Positions 47,483-59,400 of a stretch of 64,000 bases of DNA are shown here, piece after piece (the stretch's first letter is position 1; the number at the start of each line of letters is the position of its first letter). This DNA is from Candidatus Magasanikbacteria bacterium RIFCSPHIGHO2_02_FULL_48_18 (lineage in GTDB: Bacteria > Patescibacteriota > Patescibacteriia > Magasanikbacterales > UBA922), in assembly GCA_001784285.1 (NCBI GenBank), contig MFQC01000001.1:29780-93779 (forward strand), given 5' to 3'. Made by a program: the position numbers and the translations under genes. The notes beneath the pieces were generated by a model. It saw nothing but the letters and a program-made list of their open reading frames with translations, was not told where the DNA came from and made no database searches.

Positions 47483-50400
47483 TTATTGGAGCCCGCCGCT
47501 ATTGGGGCATTGATCCGTACCCGTAAGCGCACAAGAACCCGGATTCACCGCGTTTTGTACATCGCAAAAACAGGTCCGAATCTTTTGCTGGCTTTCTATT
47601 TTTATATCACCATTTCCATCTTTCACCAAATTAAACACATGCCAATACTCCGCGTTTTTGTTGGTGCTCGTTCCTTTTGCTTCGGTAATGGGAAATACTT
47701 GATCCGGAAGATACATCGCTGACAGTGGGTCGTCGGCGTTGGTAAAGGATTTTGGTTTGTATAATTCTACAATAAATGACGTATTGTTTTGATCTTCAAA
47801 AATTGAATGGGTAATATTCTTTACAAAAAACCCAAGCTTGTCCCCATTGTTGAGCGGATTGGTGTTGATGGTGAAGGATTGCGCGTTGATTTGACCAATC
47901 TGTCCATAGGGATGAACAAAAATACTTCCGCCATACCCGGAACATCCGTCCGGATACCAATATTTTATAGCGTTACTCGTTGTTTGTTTTATGGTATCAC
48001 AAAAATTTTGGCTGGCGGCAAGTGGATTTACGGTCGGGTAGGACCCAGATTTTATTTGGGGGCCGGTGGCGGGATCGTGATACACGTGTGGAAGAATATC
48101 ATTTTTCCCAAAACTGTTCCCCCACCGTACTACCACGCGATACGTATTTGGTGGCGTTGCCGGAGAAAGCAGGAATTCGTTCTTGATATCCGCGCCGGAG
48201 ACATTGAGTGGGTATGGAAAATAACTGCTGTTTGCCACGGAAGAAAAAGTAGTTTTGTACGCGGCGGAACAAAGCGCGCTCCCTTCAATAAGAGGACTCC
48301 CGCTAAAGGTATTATAATCCATAAATGCAGCGGGCATATCTTTCTCTGAACCAATTTTCTTTTTGTTCGCCCCGTCCGGTCCTACTTTGTACAACGACAA
48401 TTTCATTTTTTTTCTCCACTCGTCACCCATCTGAACGCTGTTACCGAGCATAACATTCATAACTGACCACTGTGCTTTCTTTCCTGTAGTGGCTTCTCCG
48501 CACAGCACGCAGCCACTCACTAAATTGAGGCATTGATTTTCGCAAGCAAAACTCCCGTAGCCATACTTCGGGTCTGTAGTTGCATCGCCATCATCGGTAT
48601 AAAGGCTCTCACACGTAATTGGACTCGCAAGATTGCCCACCTTCTTTTGAACCACCTGGCCGGTTGCGGCAACCATGTCACACTGTTCACTGCTGCCAGT
48701 ATTCACTTTTGCGTCACCACAATATCCGGTTGCCGGCTTGGTTATTTCGGTACATTCTTTGGTACAATAGGTACATTCAAGATTATACCCCGGCGTGCAT
48801 TCTTTCCCGTTGGCACTTCCGAGGTCGCACTGTTCGCCCTCGTCAAGCGTTCCATTGCCGCATCCGGTTTCCGACTGCGTTCCCTGAGCCGCTCCCGCGT
48901 ATATGCCATCGCAAATCAGGGCGACACTTTTCAGTGATTGGTCCTGAGCCGCCGTCTTATCTGTTAAATTTTGTGGACAATATTGCGGCCCTTCGGGCGG
49001 GTCGACTCCAACCACAAAGCCAAGACATCCCAATCCATACGCGCGACAAATATCAGTACCTGTTGTTTCGGAAACACACGCAGAAATGGGCGTTCCCTGA
49101 AAAGAAGTTGGCGCGTCATAATCGCCTTTGCCAAGATAGATCCATGTGGTATTGGCCGCGGCATTCTTCACTTCCTTGAGATACGGATTTTGCGCTTTAC
49201 ACGCCACATTTTCTTTTTGGCATGCGGGCGTACAGCCATCAAGCGCGGTATCGTTGCCGTCATCACACGCTTCATATTGCGCATTGACCTTTCCGTCACC
49301 GCAATATCCGCCATAACTGGTGCAATCCCAAGAACATGAAAGCTCTTTAATAGTGTGATAGGTCGGGCCTGAAGAAACGTTCTTGACACAACTGCCTTTA
49401 TCTTCCACAGTGGGAGTAAACAAAGAATCAATATATGTTTGTTCATTAAACGACTGATTATTCGCGGCTTTTGTCAAATTTTCTATGGAGAGCAGTTTGG
49501 TTGCCACAGGGACATTTTCACAATCGATGGATTTGTCGCAGAGAATGCCGGGATCTTTAAAACAACGGCCCGTAAATTTAGTGCACTCCTCAGGGTAAAT
49601 GGAAAAACCAAAGTCATTATCATCCCCGAACGAGCCCAACAATCCATCGAAGAGAGCGCTAAATACTTTTGCGATGCTATAATTGTTAAACGCGAACGAC
49701 TTTGTATTGAGATAGGTAAACGCGTTTTGGCAATCTACTTTTGAATTCAATCCGGTGAAGCATTGGAGAAGCCATTGTTCAAAATTTGCATCGCATTGCA
49801 TGCGCGTGTAGGTGTTATTATTGGCAGGAAGAACAAACGCCGGCGCCGCGGAAAGTTTTTCACATAATAAGCCCACATTGTTAAAGTATTTGCCGTCGCC
49901 GCATTTGGACTGTTCAAACTGGCATATCGCACTGCATCCGTCTAAGGAAGCGGTGTTTCCATCGTCGCATCCTTCTCCAAGCTCCACTTTACTGTTACCG
50001 CATTCTGCGATTGGTTTGCATGACGGCGATTCTGCCCAGGCGCAATCCGCGCCGCACAAACCAATATAGGCCTCGCTAAACGCACAATTGCCACCTGCCA
50101 CATACACCGTGCTATTTGGCGATTCGCATTCTTCTCCTTGATTGAGATTTCCATCACCACATACGCCGGCAAATGGACTCATAAACGTCCCCGGCTGACA
50201 CGCCTGCGCCGTGGTATAGAAACTCGTCATGTAGGCCTGGCCTTCGCAGTTATCATGGAACCCATTATTATTACTGTCTTGTGCTGGATTGTTTGGAATA
50301 AGACTCAACCCTAAAAATGATACGTCTGATACATTTATTATGCCATCGCAGTTAAGGTCTGCCTCTTCAACCGATACAGAAAGACAGTCTTTCGTCCCAT

Positions 50401-53400
50401 CCCATTGATATGGGCTAAGACTTGCCGGAATTATTCCGTTCTGAACGCCTTCCACATAAAGATTCAGCTGGTTCAAACAAGTTTGATCCTCGGAATTGAC
50501 AACATTATCCCCGTTAATATCCCCGGGAATATATTGCTTATCCGCATACCCGAGAATAGTAAACTCTTTAAATTGTTTTAAATCAGTATTGGAAAAATAT
50601 TCCATTGGCGCGTGAAACGCATATTTCTTATTTGACGGGGCAAAGGTGTATTCATAGATGCTTGATTGGAGCGGACAATGAAACGCCGGCGTTTTGCTTT
50701 CCCAACAGGTTTGCTGATCTTCTGGATCACATTCGGACCACTGATTGAGCGGATCATTGGGCATCCCGAAGGTAATTTCTTTCGAGAGGGTCTGCACCCA
50801 CGACGGCCAGCGGGAATTGGTATAGTATGGAATAAAAGTCCCGGCCTGAAGATCGGGGTAAACATTGCCATGCATGCTGTAATATTGGAACATGGCTTCC
50901 TGCACATCCCGAATATCTTCGAGACGCGACAAATCTCGCTTCAATTTTGTCCGATAATTATGGCAGGTGGTGAGTGGAACGGTTTCGACGATTTCCGGTG
51001 CATATCCAAGACAGGTATTAAACCCGCTACAATCCGTATTGACACTGCAAGACAGCGGCGGAAGGGTGTTGGTCAGGACCAATCCCTTTTCCCCGACGAC
51101 CCATATCGTGTCCTTGTCTTTCGCAAAAAGCCCCAAATATTTTCCCATGACGGCATTCGCCCCCTGATTCCAAATGACGTGCCATGTGTTTCCGCCATCC
51201 GTCGTCTCCACCAAACGGCGCTGTTCTGACAAAGCGAGCACATACTGGCCATCGGGTGAAACAAAGATATCTTTAAATGTAAGCTGTTTTACTTGAATTG
51301 CATTCAATCCATCAACGGTATTCTTTAATGCCCATGTTTTCCCTCCATCATTGGTAAACAACAACTTGCCCCCGTCGCCAACGACCCATCCATTGGTTTT
51401 CGATGAAAAATGCACTCCATAAAGCTCGGAATCCACATTGCTATTTTGCACTATCCATGTTTTTCCTCCATTTGTGGTTGCCAATATTGTCCCTTCCGAA
51501 CCAACAACCCACCCATAGTTTCTATCAAAAAAGAAAACCCCATGAAAATAGACCGACTCTTTTCCTTTTGGCGGTTGTTGTTTTTGCCAAGTTTTCCCAG
51601 TATCCCAAGTCCAAAGAATAATTCCATTCGTTCCCGCAACCCACCCTGTCGATGCATCGCCAAAACTTATTGCTTCGAGTGATGTGCCGGGATCGGTAAT
51701 AAACCTTTTCGTGTCAATGGATTCCCACGTTGTGCCACCATCGGTTGTCTCCATAAATGTTCCCACCCTTCCGGCAAGCCACCCATGATTTTCATTCAAA
51801 AAAAGAACGTCTTCAATAATAATAATACCGGAGCCAGGAAGATTGGGAATGGTAATAGGAGCCCACGTCTTGCCGCTGTCCTCGGTTTTAAGTATTTTTA
51901 CTTCTCCAGATTCGGTTCCAATCCACCCCTTGTCTCCAACAAAAGTTATCGTATTGAGACCAACCGAGACACCGTCCACAACAACTTGAGCATACCCTTC
52001 ATCCACCATACATGCCCCCGCTTGTTCTTCGGTCACATTTTGAATCACGGCATCTTTGCAGGACAAATCTGAATCGCACGAAAGCGACTGGGCGATATTG
52101 ACGTTCGTCCCGTCCCCACAATACGGATCATCGGGAATATTGATATTAAAGGTTAAAGAATTGATGATTTGTGTAAAGACGTTTTTTGTGCTCGCCTGCG
52201 CGTCGGTATTGATACTAAATAAATAGATATTACTGTACCACTTGTTATTCGCGTCATCTTTGTTGAGAACATTGATATAATAATTGGATCCGTCGGTAAT
52301 CGCCTGGTAGCCATCCACTTCAACCGCTTGAAACCCCCCGACCTGAAACCCTTTGTATTCTTTGAGCCAGGCAATCGGCGAAAGCCGTTTTGGATTTTTA
52401 AATATCTGGAGACCGACGAGATCGTCATTTTGATTATTGAAAAAGCCAAGTTTGATAATTGACAACGGATCCTGCGTCGCGAGCGTGGTTTCGACATTCA
52501 AGAATGGCAGGTCATCAAGCGCCGTTCCGGGGGCTCCTGCGTCCGAACAATACCACATGGCGACATGAAACGCGCTCGGATCGGCTTCGGACCATGGTTT
52601 CCACGTCCCGTCGGACTTTTTTGCAGGCCACGGTTTTTCACAAAACACGGCAAACAAATCGGTAGACGCGGAAAATACTTTACCAACGTGGTTATTGGTA
52701 ACCTCCGCATCGGCAACGACGGTCGCGTTGACAAAACCGGTTGCCTCTCCTTGAACGGTTTTCGAGCCAATCGCAATCGTATCGGTCTTCCCATCAGGAT
52801 CCGGAGAGTCAGGATGCGGAATGGTAAACAGTTCATTTTCTTTTGGACCCCAATCCCATTCCCAATCATACACAGACGAAATTGGAACAATCTGCTGATT
52901 GTTTTGTGAGTTTGTTATAGCATGAAACGTGGACGTGGTATTTGGCGCGTCAAACAAATAACTGTCCGGCTCTATGGAAACTCCGGCTAATTTACACACG
53001 GCATTTCCGGTTTGAAACACCCATATATCGTCTCGGCTCGTGTTTCCCGACTCCGGATTTTTGATACCAACCCCTTTTACATCCGCGATACCGCCCAATC
53101 CGCCTCGAAGCATCACCGCGTACACCGTGTCGAATTGTAACAGTTTGTTGATCACCAATGAAACCGTACTTGAAACCACCTTGTCGTCACTATTTTTTGT
53201 ATAGGCCACCTTTGGCACTGCGGTCACGCTGCCGCTGCACCACACACTCATGTCATCGACTGCATTTGCAAATTCGGTTGCTAATACATCGCGTCCAAAT
53301 AATTTGGCAAAAAATTGTTTCACGTGGTTCCATAATTTCACGAAAAAACTCTGCTCAGAACCGACATCGTTATACGCAAATGTGGCCTGTACCATATCCG

Positions 53401-56400
53401 TAACATCTGCTTCTCCTTGAGCGGCACAATCAAAATTTTTATCTTCATGACCATTGGTAATCACAAAATTGCCGGGAACGGTGAGTGTATTTTCGTCAAT
53501 CGCGCCGTCAAATGTTACTTCAATATACGTATTTGGACACGCCGGCTCATCGGCTAGACCGGTGCCGTCTTGCGGATATTCTGAGGTTCGTTTCGGTCGT
53601 GGATAGCAACAGGAATTTTTTCCAACACCAAATTCATTATCCGGATTCTCCACACAATTATTATAGTCATCATTGTCATCCGGTGCTTGAAATTCGGTAA
53701 AACCGCATTGAAGACTATAGTCTGCCAAACCGGTAATCGAAACGCCCGGTGTCGTACTGGTATACCACCCATCGAGGGTTGCCTCTATCTGCGTACTTTG
53801 CGCGAATGAAACCGGATCAACCGCTCCATTTCCCACTGCGGTAACCAATTGGAGCGGATTATTTCCATGAGTATTTCCCGTGGCAGAAACTTCACACATG
53901 GCATATTCTCCGGCGTCTACAATGGTATTGCCGCAAAGCGATGGCTCCGGGTACAAAAGCGACGAACCCGCAAACGTACAATCTTTCAAACAGCCAGCGT
54001 CCTGCGTTGGATCACATTGTTCAAGGGCCGTACCACACACATCTTGCAAGAGACAGCTTGCGCCGCATTGTTCTTCTGACGCGTTGACAACTGTTTCTAC
54101 AAAATTGCCCGACCCGTTGACTATCCATTTCTTTATTTGCGTTTCACTCTGCACTTCGCATTCTTCTCCCTTTTCAAGGTAACCATTTCCACAGACGCTC
54201 GCGGATTCTTTGCAAAGAGGCGAAGAGGATCCTTCACAAAGCCATGCTTGCGGCTGCGTCCCGGTGTGAACACACGTATTGGTACAATTTATTTTTGAAT
54301 TCCATGGCGTTGCTCCAGCTTTTTCGAGAGAAATCCCTATGTCGCATGCTTCGCCAAGCGTAAGCTGCCCATCGCCACACCAGGATTGACCCACTTTGGT
54401 CGGGTCAAAAAGACTGTATGGTTCGGACCCCACCAATCCCTCTGCTGTGGCTTTGCTTTCGGTGAACAAACAGGATTCCGTACAGTAGTCGGTCGGGTCC
54501 ATGCCCCAATCACAATCTTCTCCCGGATCCTGGGTGCCATTGCCACATAGATAGAGCGATTCTGCTTCTTTTGCCGTAAAAACACTCCCTTTGGGAAGAC
54601 AATTTTTGGTACAAAACGGCTGCAACGATGCCGGAGAAATAAAATTGGTCACGGACGCGACATTCTGGTTCAGCGTACCCCATGCGTAGCCATAATCCCA
54701 CTGATTTAACAATTGGCCGTACTTGCTGCATTCATTGGGGCTTGCCTTTGGCTGCGCAGTAAAGAGTGTTTTTTCACCAATCACATATGCAGAAAAGGGA
54801 TTGGGCAAGACATTCAACCCATCCGCCGTACAGGGCACGGTACTGTCTTTTGTTTTAAATACCCAAGAGGTTGGCGGTAATTGTTTCCCTACTTTTGCCA
54901 GATCATTTTTTGACCCTGCGGACATAATACCAATCTGCCCGTCATAGATTCCGGCAACCGGCGACACGGTTTGGCCGCCCACCGTGTTTTCTTCATTTAA
55001 TGCCACTTTATAATACGTATTTGGCTTGAGCATTTCGCCGGGATTTAAGGTCGCTCGCAAAATAAAATTGGTTTGAAGAGCGGGATTGAGCGGCACGAAG
55101 AGATTGGTCACATTCGTCAAATTCGCACAATTGGCGTTGGCGCACTCAAACACGGCAAATCCATTGGCATAGGTCGTTTTATCCATGTAGGTATCAAATT
55201 GAACCATAATCCCTCCATTGATACAGGCTTCCGCGCAGTTTGGTTCAAAATATGAAACGCTGGGATTGCTCAAGTTGATAGTGAGCTCGCTGGGGATTGC
55301 ATTCAGAATTTCCGTTATGTTGCTTCCAACATCAAGAAAATCAGTATCAATGCCAGCAGTATTATTTTTGATTGAAAAATTACTGACTGCCGTTATATCG
55401 ACAAAACCAGGCGTGGTATTTTCAAGAGCGATTGCATTCCCAAAATCATCATGATTTGGGATATTTTGTACGACAAGCGCGGTTGCCTTTGCTTCGTCGC
55501 TCGTTGCCCATTGCCACCCCAACCCATTCACTTCAAGCACATTGCATGCTTTATCGCTTTTTCCCATAAGCATGTAATAGAACAGGGCATTGGGATCATT
55601 TTTTGTTGCGGTCAATACATCATTCACCGTAAAAAGACCTTTCAGATTCGCCGTGTCATCATTGGCAAACGCCTGCCCCAATAATACGCCAAGATACGAC
55701 ACTTCTTTTTCCGGGGGTTCGATGCCAACGGATGAGAGTACGCATGATGAGCCGGTCTTGAATTCAAAACAATAGACCGTATCCTCCGCATTCAACGGAT
55801 CACAGTGAAGAACAGCACTCTTCCCCAGAGGAATAGTGACATTTTCTTTTCCTGGCCCCAAATTTTGCGGCGCGCTCTGTATGCCGGAGAGAAGCTCGAC
55901 CCTATACCACACGCCGGGATCCAAATTGCCTTGGCTAAAATCGCCCTTAATGATTTTCAAAATATCTTGTCCGCCGCCAATATATTCCAATCCCTTTTCC
56001 TCTAAAGATGCAAAAGGAATCAGGATGGGATTATCACCGCAATCGCTTTGTTCTCCACTGCCGCAGGTATATATTTTGACCGTCTCTTCATTGAAACTCG
56101 CGGCATCCATGGGCATGGTAAATTGGACCGCCACCGTGCCATTCACGCAGGCGTCTGCGCCGCCTTCCCAACCGCTCCATGGCACCGGCGAGGGAAATGG
56201 AACAGCGACACCGGCAACATTCCAATTCAATACGTCACACTGTTCCACCACATGCGGCGAAACCGGAATTTTGCCCGTAGAAAACCGCCAGACATACCCT
56301 GCCTCTCGACTACCACCGGCACAGAGCGCGTTTTTAAGCTTCCACTGTCCAACGTCGCCGCCGGTCTCACAACATTGATATTGCGCGGCGTACTGATTTT

Positions 56401-59400
56401 TGAGGTCCTGGCCCGCGTTTCGGCAATCCGCGGCCTCATACATCACCCAGTTGCTTTGTTCGGTGTCAACCTGCACCTGTATTGGTCCTTTTTTCATGGA
56501 ATACCCACCAAGGGACGCGTCTTTGACAGGAAACAGCGTTTGAATTTCTCCATCGGTCCACGCGGGAATATCCTCGGCCACCAATGGCGGGTTTATAAAA
56601 CCCGGTATCAACTCGGAAATATCTTTATTAGGATCAAACCAATCATTGTGCGTCGCGGAAAGCCATGTTGATGGCGTTGTTGTGACGGCTCCTTGCGTCC
56701 AAAAATACGTTATGGCGCTTCCTGAACCAAAATTTTTCCCAACAATTTTTACTTTTTTATTGATATCCAAAATCGGCGAGTTACCCGCCTTGGGCGTCAA
56801 ACTGCAGATGCTTGGTTTTGGCGCGCCATTCTGCACTTCAAATGTTTTTGCCCCATCAGTAGAAAATAAACTGTTATTGATAAGCGCAAGCGCATATTCC
56901 TGAAAACCCACTTCCGGAACCTCCACAATCACTTGGGTGTTGGTCCATGTTTCAGAACACCCAAGCGGAAATTGCTGGCCCATTTCGAAACACCCATCTG
57001 CTGCTGTCGGCGTTTGATTATTTGCTTTTTTCTGAACACACCCAAGCACGGCCTCCTGATCTTCGGCAAGATACACCTGGCCCGACGTGCCAAACCCTTT
57101 CCCAAAAATTGTCACGTAACTTTTTGGCGTGGATGTCGGCGGGTTGATGCTCTCAATAACCGGCTGAAGATCTTCCGTATTTTTTACAACGGTAAATGGA
57201 ACGCCGTTACTGTTTTCTCCGCCCACGGTCACGACAACCCCGACTGCAAGGCTCTCCGCTCCTTGGGTGTCAATCGAGGGAACAGTGGTTTTGATATTTT
57301 CAGAAGACCAATCACCGGTTTTGACAGACGCAGGGATGTTGCCAAAGGCAATCGCGCTTTCATTTTGAGTATTTTGAAACCCGCTTCCTTCGGCTAAAAC
57401 CGGCGTATTGACGGTTCCGGCGGTCTGTCCGGTTGAGACGCCATTTTCATCGAGAACTGTAACCCCGCAAAGACCAGGCCGTTCTACGGTATTTTTTTCA
57501 AACATGCCCACGTATGGCAAGTGGTCATCCACTGTTGAGTCTGTCATAGGGGCAACAATCCCCGCAGGTTTTTCCGAGGCGGCTCTTTCAATTTGAATTC
57601 CGCTCTGAGACGATTGCGGCAAAACAGTATCCTCTGGAACTTCGGCAATAATCCAGGAATCACGCCAGGTATCGGTATTACAAGAAACAATCTCTCCGGA
57701 AATAGCATAGCCTTCACCATCCTGGGACACAATTTCTCCATCGTCATTGGTATCTATGCCAAATCGAATTTGTCCGGCATCGTCGCCAAAATGGGCGCCG
57801 AGGATGGTCACCCAATTTCCTGACGCGCCGTCGAGAGGATCCACGCCCGTAATGGTCGGCCACTCGGTACAGGTACATTCGGCTTTAGGAGTGCCGGAAC
57901 AAAACTCTCCAGACGTATTATCAATACATTTTTCATCCGCCGGGCACTGTGCGTCCGTCGTGCAATCATTGCCGGAGGTAAACGGACAAAGCGAAGGATC
58001 CACGCCCGGAAGCGGTTTTCCAAATTGATCACACTCTCCGGAACCCCCATTGACCATAAACGGAATACTCTTTTTTGTTTCATTACCGTCGATATCGTGG
58101 GCGGCAATCACCAACCAATATGTTTTGCCAACCGTAAATGTTTGCCAGACATAATCCACGATATCAATAGGAAACGGTTGCGAAGAGCCAATACTCACGA
58201 CAGGGCCGTCCACATAATAATTTTGAAAAAGCGACGGACCATTCGGACCAGTCGCGCTCACATGAACCAACGCATAACTCACTCCCCCAAAATTGTTTGG
58301 GGCATAATCGTCAACCACAGTCTTGAGTGTATATTGACTGCCTTTTTGCAATAACAGTGGAGCGTTGCCGATTACTTTCATGCCGTTGACAAACACATCG
58401 CCAATGGTGGGTTTGACAAAGTCAAAATAAATTTGATCTGCCAAAAAAGACGCACTTAAAGGATACGAAACGCCCTCCTCATCCATATTTTCAAGAACAT
58501 CGCCTGCCGCGTTTGTTACCGTATCATTGATCTGAATCGCATAGTCTGCGTTTGTATCAAACGGAAGACAGACATCGCTTGATACTCCCAAACTTTTCTC
58601 TGCGAAGTATTGCTGTACCTGTGCCGCGGACAATCCTTGCGGCAAGCTCTGGAATGAAAAGAGGGTGTAATCAACACCGGCCATTTTTTCAGCAATCTTC
58701 CAAGGAGCGGCCGACGGGACAAACGGCGGAGGAACCTCTTTTGATTCATCAATAAGCTGGCCGGCCTTATTATACATTTTTAAACTATTGTTCTCCCAGG
58801 TGATAATATACTGATTCGGCTGTCCCACGACAAAAGATGATTTCTTATCACACACATGTGGAGAATTTTGCGTGGTCGGATTGTTTATCGCATACTGGCT
58901 GATAAAACAAAATCCGCCTCCGCCCGCGAAAAAAAGGAAGCCATATTCCATAAAATTTGGCGTATTCCCATTTTTATAAATCAACCGCTCTACGCCGCCG
59001 CCTGCGGGCAGTGGATCGTCAAGTTGGAGCGTCAATTCCATGGTCATGGGCTGGGCCATATACGGCAACAGATCTTCTCCCGGAACCGTTTTTGTTTTTG
59101 ACACACTGTCGACAAGGTATCCTTCTTCTCCGGGATCAATACCGGACACCTGAAGCAAATCAACCCATGGCAGGTCATGAATGAGAGGTTCCGGAAAACT
59201 GCAGGAATCACCGCCGGCGTACACTCCCTCGGCGACATAACTTTTTTCTTTTAGCGCAGTCTGCAAATCATAAGACTGACCATTTTTTTCAAGATGAAAA
59301 ATCGTATTCGCGTCGATAGAGCCGATGGGCTGACTAAAAATAGCCCGAACACGAATATTGTTCATTTTTGTTCCCGGAGGAGCCGCCGGCGTGCTTGGCG

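Noticed and set aside
53316-53331. parS-like TGTTTCACGTGGTTCC
   Set aside because: Only one arm matches the palindrome, and the site lies in coding sequence (WNHVKQ).
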